Below, piece after piece: positions 18,030-26,162 of a DNA stretch of 64,000 nt. The notes below the pieces were generated by a model. It was not told where the DNA came from, did not search any database, and was given only the letters and a program-made list of their open reading frames with translations. Both the position numbers and the translations under genes were made by a program. Position 1 is the first letter of the stretch; each line of letters opens with the position of its first letter. The DNA lies in the NCBI GenBank assembly GCA_015231595.1, contig JADGBH010000001.1, positions 78,900 through 142,899 on the forward strand, in the 5' to 3' direction. Origin of the DNA: Desulfobacterales bacterium. Its GTDB lineage: Bacteria > Desulfobacterota > Desulfobacteria > Desulfobacterales > JADGBH01.

Positions 18030-19628
18030 ATGAATCGCTTTAGTGTTGAAGCAAAAGTTGGTTTTTTTGTTATAATCGCAATTTTAACTTTAAGCTATAT
18101 GTCCATTAAAGTAGGCAAAAGTAAAATAAATTATGATAAAGGATATGAAATTTTTGCCCTGTTTGATTCAGCATCAGGGCTATCATTTGAAGCTCCAGTT
18201 GAAATAGCCGGAGTTGAAATAGGACGAGTTAGCAAAATAAGCCTTGAAAATGGAAGAGCTCTTATTTCCATGATTATAGACTCATCGATTCAACTCAATC
18301 GAGATTCAGAGGGTTTCATTCGTTCTAAAGGCATATTGGGCGATAAATATATTGAAATTGTACCAGGCAAAACCAGTGCTCCTTTAATCCAGACAGGAGA
18401 AAGGATTTCATACACATCTCCGACAACAAATATGGATTCTTTAATGAATACTATAGGAAGCATATCAGTGGATATAAAAAAAATGACAGGGGCTTTGTCC
18501 GAATTTATAGCTAAAGAAGATGGAGACGCTCCACTTAAATCGATTATTAATAATTTAGATGAAATGCTTAAAACTTTAAATGATGCCGTTCAAAAAAATA
18601 ATGATGATATAACTAAAATTATTGGAAATATTGCAGGATTTTCTGGTCGATTAAAGGAAATAGGAGATGAGAACTCAAACAATATCAATTTAACTGTTAC
18701 AAATCTTAAAAATGCATCTGACCAGCTTAAAGACATTTTATTAAGTGTCAATGATATTACAAAAAAAATCAATGAGGGACAAGGAACTATTGGAAGACTC
18801 ATTAATGATGATGAAACCATAATAAAGCTAAATGATGCATTAGTTCTTTTAAAAGAAATTACAGAAAAAATAAATAACGGCACAGGAACAATCGGAAAGC
18901 TCATTAATGACGATACAATAGTAGCAAATGTTACTTCTGCAACGGAATCATTAAAGGACATATCCGCCAAAATAAATAACGGAGATGGATCTATTGGCAA
19001 GCTTGTTAATGATGATGAAACAGTTGATAATATAAATAATGCTTTAAGTGGAATAAATGAGTTCATTCAAAAGCAAAACAAATTTAGAACCTATTTAGAT
19101 TATTGGGGAGAATATCGTTTCAATGGTAATGAGGCAAAATCTTATTTAAATATTAAAATTCAACCTAAGGAAGATAAATTTTATATTTTAGGTCTTGTTT
19201 CTGACCCTGCTGGCAAAGAAACAACTAAAGATACATATACTACCATTGATGGAGTTTCCAGTGTTGAGCATAAAATCGAAATTGACAAAGATGAATTCAA
19301 AATTTCAGCTCAAATTGCAAAAAGATATTATGATTTCTGCTTAAGGGGCGGGCTTTTTGAATCAACTGGAGGATTAGGCGTAGACTATTATTTATTTAAC
19401 GATAAATTAAGCCTTTCTTTAGAAGCTTTTGATTTTGACCCTGATAGGAGAGCACATTTAAAATTTAAAGCTAATTTTACCCCATATAACCATATTTATT
19501 TATCATCCGGCTTTGATAATTTTATAAGTGACGATGGAAAGGAATCTTTCTTTTTAGGTGGAGGTCTGAGCTTTTCAGAAGAAGACATCAAATCACTTAT
19601 TTTTAGTATTCCTCTTCCAAAGAACTAA
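18030..19628 (+). CDS. MCE/MlaD-family protein with an extended helical repeat region and a beta-rich C-terminal domain
   Basis: N-terminal TM plus an MCE domain (VEIAGVEIGRVSKISLENGRALISM). There are three INxGxGTIGKLINDDE-type repeats. A C-terminal region of about 190 aa shows an alternating beta-strand-like pattern. Confidence 0.8.
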   Translation: MNRFSVEAKVGFFVIIAILTLSYMSIKVGKSKINYDKGYEIFALFDSASGLSFEAPVEIAGVEIGRVSKISLENGRALISMIIDSSIQLNRDSEGFIRSKGILGDKYIEIVPGKTSAPLIQTGERISYTSPTTNMDSLMNTIGSISVDIKKMTGALSEFIAKEDGDAPLKSIINNLDEMLKTLNDAVQKNNDDITKIIGNIAGFSGRLKEIGDENSNNINLTVTNLKNASDQLKDILLSVNDITKKINEGQGTIGRLINDDETIIKLNDALVLLKEITEKINNGTGTIGKLINDDTIVANVTSATESLKDISAKINNGDGSIGKLVNDDETVDNINNALSGINEFIQKQNKFRTYLDYWGEYRFNGNEAKSYLNIKIQPKEDKFYILGLVSDPAGKETTKDTYTTIDGVSSVEHKIEIDKDEFKISAQIAKRYYDFCLRGGLFESTGGLGVDYYLFNDKLSLSLEAFDFDPDRRAHLKFKANFTPYNHIYLSSGFDNFISDDGKESFFLGGGLSFSEEDIKSLIFSIPLPKN

Positions 19629-19640
19629 TAAATCACTATT

Positions 19641-21005
19641 ATGACTATTGCTAAGTCCGAAAAAATAAAACCATTTAGACTTGTAAATTATTTTAGCTTT
19701 ACAAGCCTTTTTGTAATATTAATCGGAGGAATAGTTCTTTCTACATTAAATTCAAGATTTGCAAGGACAATTCTTCTCCAAAAAACCGAAGAGTATGGAT
19801 TACTTTTAATCGAAAGCTTAAATTACCAAATTTTTACTCAACTTATTACTCCTAATACGTTAAATGATCGTTTTGATTTGGCAAATGAATCCCAATTCAA
19901 CAAAATGGATAGAATCGTAAAAACTACCTTACACAGTTTTAAAGTTGATATGCTTAATATATATAATGTTAATGAAACCATTTCATATAGTTCGGAAAAA
20001 AAAACCATCGGTAAAAGATATAGCGGAGGGTTTGGATATAAAAGAGCAGTATTAGGAAATCATATATCTTTTATGGTTCAAAGCGGAAGTTTTTGGGAAC
20101 TCGTCATGGGTTTTCCAAAAGAAAGTAAAATAATTACTTTTGCACCCATTAGAGTTGAAAATCATTTATCAGAATCATCCTCAAATAATGTGGTTATTGG
20201 AGTTGTTGAAATTATGAGGGATCTATCCGACGAATATCAAACTGTTTTTAAATTACAAATTAGAGTTATCGAAACATGTGCTATTGTGATGGGACTTCTC
20301 TTTATAGCTCTTCGTTATCTTGTAGAAAGAGGCGAAAGAATTATACAAAAAAAAACATACGAAAAAGTTGATTTCATTGAAAACGAAGTAAATGCACGAT
20401 ACGCTTACTATATAAGCAATGTTAGAATTGGATTATATAATGATGTATCTCAAGTTTTAGATAAAATAGCTGAATCATCTGAACTTTTAAAATCAAGGAT
20501 AGCTATTTTAGATGTTTCAAACACAATTCCCAATGATATATACGATTATTCAAAAAAATTAAAATCGAATTTTCAAGATATTTTATACTTTTATAATAAC
20601 TTAATTCCTAAATTAGAAGTATGCTGCATAAATGATGTAATTGAAAAAAGCATTAATAACATTTTATCTGATAATATAAGTATCAATACGCAATATGATC
20701 AAAAGCCTCATTATATAATGGGAGATTTTGATATGCTCGTTTATGCTTTTCAAAAACTGATTATTACTTCTAAAAATTCTAAGGTTAGCTGTGAAAATAT
20801 TACAATACGAACTCTACTTTATGATAATATCGTCACCATCATGATTGAAGACAATGGATCTTCAATTAATGAGTACAATTTAAGTCTTGACGTAAAAATA
20901 GCGGAAAATATATTTATAAGTCATAAGGGAAAAATTTTCATAGAAGATAGAATAGTAGAGGGAAAACTCACAACAATAGAATTTCCCCTCTTTTGCGAAC
21001 GATAA
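19641..21005 (+). CDS. Membrane sensor histidine-kinase-like protein, apparently degenerate (pseudokinase)
   Basis: N-terminal TM, a second TM, then a DHp-like helix YYISNVRIGLYNDV in place of an xxSHELRTPL H-box (no His). The C-terminal HATPase-like segment MIEDNGSSI..HKGKIFIED..GKLTTIEFPL has weak N/G boxes. Confidence 0.5.
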   Translation: MTIAKSEKIKPFRLVNYFSFTSLFVILIGGIVLSTLNSRFARTILLQKTEEYGLLLIESLNYQIFTQLITPNTLNDRFDLANESQFNKMDRIVKTTLHSFKVDMLNIYNVNETISYSSEKKTIGKRYSGGFGYKRAVLGNHISFMVQSGSFWELVMGFPKESKIITFAPIRVENHLSESSSNNVVIGVVEIMRDLSDEYQTVFKLQIRVIETCAIVMGLLFIALRYLVERGERIIQKKTYEKVDFIENEVNARYAYYISNVRIGLYNDVSQVLDKIAESSELLKSRIAILDVSNTIPNDIYDYSKKLKSNFQDILYFYNNLIPKLEVCCINDVIEKSINNILSDNISINTQYDQKPHYIMGDFDMLVYAFQKLIITSKNSKVSCENITIRTLLYDNIVTIMIEDNGSSINEYNLSLDVKIAENIFISHKGKIFIEDRIVEGKLTTIEFPLFCER

Positions 21006-21025
21006 TATAAACGCCTTTAAGATAT

Positions 21026-21709
21026 CTAAATAGCGGTTTTTTCTTTTACAATGTTTATATAAATAGAATCAGGATAATCTGATAAAATCTTTTTGAAAGC
21101 ATTTGCGCTTTTATCGTTTTGACCCAGCCTAGAATAAATAATTCCCATATTATACCAAACATCTGAATTGATAAGGCTATTCTTGTCATTAGACAAAATT
21201 TCAAAATATTTTAACGATTTCTCATAATCTTTTTTAGCCATATATGAATAGCCTAAATTTTTTATAATAAGCTGGTGAGTAAAGGAATCGGCTTTAAAAT
21301 TTTTCATTGATTCCTCATATAAGGACAAAGCTTTATCATAATCAGCGTTTTCATAGCACATATTTGCCCAATAAAGCTTTGCATATTTACTTGATGACGT
21401 CCCAGAATATTTGTCAATAATAACTTTAAAATCAGTTTCACAGTCTGTGTAGGCTTTTTTGGGATCAGTATCTTTTATTGATGCATATTTATTCATAGCT
21501 TTACCAAGAAGGCTACTGCTATTATTTTCCTTCATATTACTATAAGCTCTAAGGGAAATAACAAATATAAATAGCAATAAGATGATACCTATAGATCCAA
21601 GAATTTGTGTTTTATTTTCATGCCAATAAATAATTGAATCATTAACGAATTGTAAAAATTTATCAGGTTCCTTTAATTCCTTTTTCTTATTTTTTTGATT
21701 AATAGCCAT
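21026..21709 (-). CDS. Membrane-anchored tetratricopeptide-repeat protein (YfgM-like architecture)
   Basis: Lys-rich N-terminus, one TM (ILGSIGIILLLFIFVISL), then TPR-like repeats (YWANMCYENADYDKALSLYEE, GYSYMAKKDYEKSLKYFE, NMGIIYSRLGQNDKSANAFKK). Confidence 0.7.
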   Translation of the reverse strand: MAINQKNKKKELKEPDKFLQFVNDSIIYWHENKTQILGSIGIILLLFIFVISLRAYSNMKENNSSSLLGKAMNKYASIKDTDPKKAYTDCETDFKVIIDKYSGTSSSKYAKLYWANMCYENADYDKALSLYEESMKNFKADSFTHQLIIKNLGYSYMAKKDYEKSLKYFEILSNDKNSLINSDVWYNMGIIYSRLGQNDKSANAFKKILSDYPDSIYINIVKEKTAI

Positions 21710-21747
21710 TTTATTGTCTCCTTTTCGTTTATAAATTTAAATATTTT

Positions 21748-22008
21748 GGGTGTGTCCCATCTTTTACACATAACAGGAATGACACGTCAGATGTACAGTA
21801 TTTTGGATTTATCGTCATTCCGGGGAAAGTCAGAAAATCGTTTAGATTTTCTGACTTTAACCCGGAATCCAGAGAATATGACGACGTTATTCTGGATTCC
21901 GGACTAAAATTGAAAAATATTCATTTTTCAATTTTTTCCGGAATGACGTCCTACGACGTTTAGTTCCTAAAAAATTTTATGCCTTTGTGTAAAAGGTGGG
22001 ACACACCC
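21748..22008. mobile_element. MITE-like, non-coding 261-bp element with 23-bp terminal inverted repeats and nested hairpins
   Basis: Left end GGGTGTGTCCCATCTTTTACACA (21748-21770) matches the reverse complement of the right end TGTGTAAAAGGTGGGACACACCC (21986-22008) at 22 of 23 positions. Internal perfect stems: 21827-21840/21846-21859 (14 bp), 21862-21873/21891-21902 (12 bp) and 21906-21918/21923-21935 (13 bp). The CCGGAAT / ATTCCGG module is repeated. Confidence 0.6.
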
Positions 22009-23004
22009 TTATTTTACCATTTGAGAAACAGCATCTTTAATTTTTATCCACCTATCGTCAGGAATGCTCGCGCCTATTGTCCTGCAAACTTCATAACCGC
22101 AAATTGAACCAATGTTTCCACATATTTCTAATGGATAACCATTTACAAGTCCAAACAAAAATCCAGACGCCCATAAATCACCTGCTCCAGTTGTATCGAC
22201 TACATCTTGACCTAATTGCGGTTCAATTTTAATAACTTGATTTGAATTTGAAATATAACTGCCTTTTTTTCCAACTTTAAGAATTGCAATTTCAACGTCT
22301 TCACTTAATTTTTTTAAAGCTGCGTCATCATCAGAAACACCTGTGTAAACTCCAGCTTCATCCTCATTTGCTATAAGAATATCCACATAATCATGAATAA
22401 TTGTCTTTAAAAAATCCCTTGATGATTCAACTACATTAAAGCTCGCAAGATCTAAAGATATAAATGCTCCAGCTTCTTTTGCTGATTTAAGAGCTGAAAT
22501 TATTAAATCCTGATTAAATACTAAATATCCTTCAATATGAACTATAGCTGCATTTTCAAAACAAGTTTTTGTAAGTTCGTCTGGAGAAGTTTCAGAAGAT
22601 GCCCCCAAAAACGTAAACATAGTCCGTTGAGCATCCGGTGTAATTACTGAAAGGACTTTACCTGTTGGGGATTTAGATCTAAAAAGGATTGGAGTTACAT
22701 TATTGGTTTTAAGATACTCTTCTATATAGTTCCCTAACTTGTCTTCACCTCTTTTGCCAACAAACGAAGAAATACCTCCTAATTTGGATATTCCCATAGA
22801 TGTATTACATGCTGATCCTCCTGGAACATAAGAAGGAGAGCTTTTTACTTCTGAAAGAAGTTTTTCAATGTAATCAATATCAACAAGAGTCATGCTCCCT
22901 TTTTTTTGACCTGTTTTTTCAATAAAAGAATTACTCTCATGGATTAGGATATCTACTAGTGCAGACCCTACTCCTATAATTTTGTTTTTTTCTTTAAACT
23001 TCAT
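22009..23004 (-). CDS. PfkB-family carbohydrate/nucleoside kinase
   Basis: N-terminal GVGSALVDIL, and the C-terminal PfkB signature DTTGAGDLWASGFLFGL. The start was set at ATG 23004 (MKFKEKNKIIG) to avoid overlap with the upstream gene. Confidence 0.85.
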   Translation of the reverse strand: MKFKEKNKIIGVGSALVDILIHESNSFIEKTGQKKGSMTLVDIDYIEKLLSEVKSSPSYVPGGSACNTSMGISKLGGISSFVGKRGEDKLGNYIEEYLKTNNVTPILFRSKSPTGKVLSVITPDAQRTMFTFLGASSETSPDELTKTCFENAAIVHIEGYLVFNQDLIISALKSAKEAGAFISLDLASFNVVESSRDFLKTIIHDYVDILIANEDEAGVYTGVSDDDAALKKLSEDVEIAILKVGKKGSYISNSNQVIKIEPQLGQDVVDTTGAGDLWASGFLFGLVNGYPLEICGNIGSICGYEVCRTIGASIPDDRWIKIKDAVSQMVK

Positions 23005-23032
23005 CGTTGTTAATCTTTCATGTTTTTTAAAT

Positions 23033-23668
23033 TTATATGCTATAAAATTTAAGTGCTGGTAATTCAATACAAGTTAGTTTATTTCCATAGACAGCACCAG
23101 TATCTATACCTATTTTATTTGACATCACAAATGGTTGCATAAAAGGTGTATGGCCAAATATTATTCTTCTTCCGAAATTAAATTCCGACTGAATAAAACC
23201 TTTTCGTATCCAAAGTAAATCATCAAGGGTTTGATTTTCAAGGGAAACATTTTCCCGCAATCCAGCGTGAACGAATAAATAGTCTTTTGTTTCAAAATAT
23301 GGAACAAGGGATTTAAAAAAATTATAATGTTCAACTGGAAGCGAAAACTCCGTATCCGGAAAAGATACAGGTGCATAACTTTCTATCGTATGGATTCCTC
23401 CATTAGAGATATAAGTCATTTTATCCGTCCCTAAAAGGTAATTTTCTAACATCAGTTCATGGTTGCCTTTAAGAAAAACTATATTGCTATATTTCCTTTT
23501 TAGATCTATTAAAAACTCAATCACGTTAAATGAAGAATCGCCTCTATCGATATAGTCTCCCAAAAATATTAAACGATCACGCTCAAAATCAATCTCCACT
23601 TTTTCAAGTAACAGTTTTAGCTTATCAAAACAACCATGTACATCTCCTATTGCAAAATATCTTTCCAT
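23033..23668 (-). CDS. Calcineurin-like metallophosphoesterase (PPP / ApaH-PrpE-type phosphatase)
   Basis: Motifs GDVHGC, GDYIDRG, GNHE and HAG..GHT appear in the canonical order. Confidence 0.85.
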   Translation of the reverse strand: MERYFAIGDVHGCFDKLKLLLEKVEIDFERDRLIFLGDYIDRGDSSFNVIEFLIDLKRKYSNIVFLKGNHELMLENYLLGTDKMTYISNGGIHTIESYAPVSFPDTEFSLPVEHYNFFKSLVPYFETKDYLFVHAGLRENVSLENQTLDDLLWIRKGFIQSEFNFGRRIIFGHTPFMQPFVMSNKIGIDTGAVYGNKLTCIELPALKFYSI

Positions 23669-23708
23669 TTCAATAAAAATACTTTTATTTTCTAACTTGT
23701 TGGTTGGA

Positions 23709-24575
23709 CTAATATTTCAAAGCATTTAATAAATACTGGCCATAACCGCTTGACATAAGACCTTTAGCGAGTTTTTCAAGTTGAGAAGCATTAATATAGC
23801 CTTTTCTATAAGCTATTTCCTCAATGCACGCTACTTTAAGACCCTGTCTTTGTTCGATTGTGGCAATAAAATTTGCAGCCTGCATTAAGCTTTCATGGGT
23901 TCCTGTATCAAGCCACGCTATACCTCTTCCAAGTTTTTGAACATATAACTTTCCCATAGAAAGATAAGCCTTATTTACATCTGTTATTTCATATTCTCCA
24001 CGAGCTGAAGGCTTTAAGTTTGCAGCTATATCAATCACTTGATTGTCATAAAAATAAAGTCCAGTTAATGCCCAATTAGATTTAGGATTTTTAGGCTTTT
24101 CTTCAAGCTCATTAGCTATACCCTTTTCATTAAAGGACACTACTCCATATCTTTCAGGATCCTTTACCCAATAGGCGTAAACTATCGCTCCGTCCTTAAT
24201 GCTTGTTGAGTTAACAATCTTATCAGGCAATCCATGCCCATAAAATATATTATCTCCAAGTATAAGACAAACGCTATCTTTACCAATAAAATTTCGTCCA
24301 ATAGTGAATGCTTGAGCCAGCCCTTCTGGCTTTGGTTGAGGCTCATAATAAATAGAAAGCCCCCATTCTGAGCCATCCCCTAATAAATTTTTGTAAAGAG
24401 GCAAATCAACAGGAGTTGAAATTATAAGAATTTCCCTTATTCCGGCGAGCATTAACACTGAAAGAGGGTAATATATCATTGGTTTGTCATAAACAGGAAG
24501 AAGCTGTTTACTTACAACTCTTGTTATTGGATATAACCTTGTCCCTGAGCCTCCAGCAAGAATAATTCCTTTCAT
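23709..24575 (-). CDS. rfbA: Glucose-1-phosphate thymidylyltransferase
   Basis: Near-canonical RmlA N-terminus [55 protein letters not shown], and the C-terminal [15 protein letters not shown]. Confidence 0.93.
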   Translation of the reverse strand: MKGIILAGGSGTRLYPITRVVSKQLLPVYDKPMIYYPLSVLMLAGIREILIISTPVDLPLYKNLLGDGSEWGLSIYYEPQPKPEGLAQAFTIGRNFIGKDSVCLILGDNIFYGHGLPDKIVNSTSIKDGAIVYAYWVKDPERYGVVSFNEKGIANELEEKPKNPKSNWALTGLYFYDNQVIDIAANLKPSARGEYEITDVNKAYLSMGKLYVQKLGRGIAWLDTGTHESLMQAANFIATIEQRQGLKVACIEEIAYRKGYINASQLEKLAKGLMSSGYGQYLLNALKY

Positions 24576-24701
24576 TTTCTACTATTCCTTAAATTATTAT
24601 GGGGTTATCAATATCTTCTAAATTTCTAATAAAAACGTTCAATTTAATTTTTTAAAAGCTTATATGTTTTTTCAAATTCAATTGCAACTAACTCAATTCA
24701 C

Positions 24702-25829
24702 CTAATCGCCCATCAATAATATCCTCCAGGGTTGGTCAATAAATTGGCGCTGCGTTGTAAGGGTATATTCGTGCGAGCCTGTACATCCGTTTCGGTCTGT
24801 GGCGGTGACTGAGAACGTAAACGAACCGATCGCAGTCGGTGTGCTTGATATAACGCCTGTTTCGGTATTGAACAACAACCCAGTGGGCAGCAACCCGATG
24901 ATGCTGAATGTATACGGTGCTCTTCCCCCACTAGCATCGATGTCCTGGTTATAGACAACTCCCACTGTTCCTTGCGGAAGCTGCTGCGGCGTAAGCGTAA
25001 TGAGCGGACAGGGAAAGGTTACAGCGTCGGAATCGAGCGTAACCTGGGTTTGCGCCAGCGCTCTGCCGTTCAATACTGCGCCGGTTCGCAAGATAATCTG
25101 CTTTGCACTCAATATAGTTCCATTGAAGGTGGAGTACGTTCCGAGAGTTGCACCGCTAACACCTCCGACCTGCCAAAAGATATTCGAGGCTAGGGCTCCA
25201 CCGGTTAGTACTACCTTAATACCGGTAGCGACGCTGCCAGATGATGCGATATCAAGATTTCCAGCTATTTGGAATATCCAAACATCGTTTGCACCGCCCG
25301 AGAGAGTAACGTTTGTGTTTATTAAAACGTCGTTGCTCCATTTGTAGAGTCCAGGGGCTATTGTCAGTCCGCTGATATCTCCAGCACCCAGTCCGATGAC
25401 AGGAGCAGGGCTTACTATCCCAGCAGCGCTATTGTATGCAGTTAGCATATCGCCTACCGCGGTATCCACTAAGGTCTTGTTAGCAAGAGGCGGATTACCG
25501 GCAAAACATGTTATAGTGCCATTACCTGTATATGCTGCATCAACACCGTAGATGGTTCCAGTGATTTGCGAACACCATATTCCATCCATCTGCGCAGCAG
25601 AGCCAGGACTATTGCCAATATCCCCAGTGATAGCAGAAGTATGGCTTCCGGTCTCTGTGATCCCTGTTTCTGCCAGAATCACGAAATTACCTGCTGACAA
25701 AAGATCGACTGGGTCAGGGCCGGCCGCGAGCGCTGTAATTGCCCCAATGAAACCGAGCGCAACAAGCCCCACGCTAAGCAAAAGACTCCATCTTGTCCTC
25801 CGGTTAAAGATTTTTTTTATTTTAAACAT
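24702..25829 (-). CDS. Secreted DUF3494 (ice-binding-like) beta-solenoid protein with a C-terminal Ig-like (He_PIG-type) domain. The gene is compositionally foreign.
   Basis: Signal peptide (RRTRWSLLLSVGLVALGFIGAITALAAG). DUF3494 hallmarks: LLSAGNFVILAETGIT..ITGDIGNSPG, ..TAYNSAAG.., LTIAPGLYKWSN, DVWIFQIAGNLDIAS, NIFWQVGG, FNGTILSAKQIILRTGAVLNGRALAQTQVTLD. The tail reads GGRAPYTFSIIGLLPTGLLFNTETGVISSTPTAIGSFTFSVTATD. GGGAGAA RBS upstream of the second ATG (25829). Confidence 0.85.
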   Translation of the reverse strand: MFKIKKIFNRRTRWSLLLSVGLVALGFIGAITALAAGPDPVDLLSAGNFVILAETGITETGSHTSAITGDIGNSPGSAAQMDGIWCSQITGTIYGVDAAYTGNGTITCFAGNPPLANKTLVDTAVGDMLTAYNSAAGIVSPAPVIGLGAGDISGLTIAPGLYKWSNDVLINTNVTLSGGANDVWIFQIAGNLDIASSGSVATGIKVVLTGGALASNIFWQVGGVSGATLGTYSTFNGTILSAKQIILRTGAVLNGRALAQTQVTLDSDAVTFPCPLITLTPQQLPQGTVGVVYNQDIDASGGRAPYTFSIIGLLPTGLLFNTETGVISSTPTAIGSFTFSVTATDRNGCTGSHEYTLTTQRQFIDQPWRILLMGD

Positions 25830-26047
25830 TTTTGATTCTCCCATTAATTTTTCTTCGAATTGTTGAAAATTCCTAATACTGCAGCATCATAATTATCTAT
25901 TTATTCAATAATTCATTCCTTTGCAATAATTTTAGTTGAAAGCCGCTATTTATTGATATTTAGATCGATATATCAGTAGAATCAATGCTCTTAAAATAAC
26001 ATTTTGATTTAATCAAAAAAATGGGATTTCCTATACTATTAAATTTG

Positions 26048-26081
26048 TTTTAATATATTCTTAAAAAAGAATATATTAAAA
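26048..26081. repeat. Perfect AT-rich palindrome (15-bp arms, 4-nt spacer) sharing 13-bp arms with the palindrome at 40882-40913
   Basis: TTTTAATATATTCTT-AAAA-AAGAATATATTAAAA read directly. It lies between the GT2 stop (26163) and the DUF3494 start (25829). Confidence 0.8.
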
Positions 26082-26162
26082 ACAATAAAATACGACTAAG
26101 GCCAAAAATAATAAAGACTCAAATTTTTAGTATTTTTATATATCTCATTTTTAGAATATACT

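Noticed and set aside
18590-19066. 158-aa ORF antisense to the MCE gene, plus many similar antisense or nested track ORFs (e.g. 564-749, 1222-1461, 1775-2050, 6920-7138, 12108-12344, 26494-26859, 33380-33568, 46636-46974, 61803-62024)
   Set aside because: Their translations are low-complexity and Ser/Phe/Ile-rich, with no motifs. Each is fully embedded opposite to, or inside, a strongly supported gene.
21695-21907. 70-aa ORF crossing the MITE-like element (..SSFRGKSENRLDFLTLTRNPENMTTLFWIPD)
   Set aside because: The peptide is the typical artefactual translation of ATTCC/GGAAT-type repeat hairpins. It has no RBS and overlaps the TPR gene start on the other strand.
24713-25866. Five extra track ORFs (24713-24958 -, 24972-25193 +, 25000-25347 +, 25552-25866 +, and others) overlapping the DUF3494 gene
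   Set aside because: They are shadow ORFs produced by the stop-codon-poor G+C-rich composition. Only the 24702-25829 frame gives a recognisable domain series and a signal peptide.
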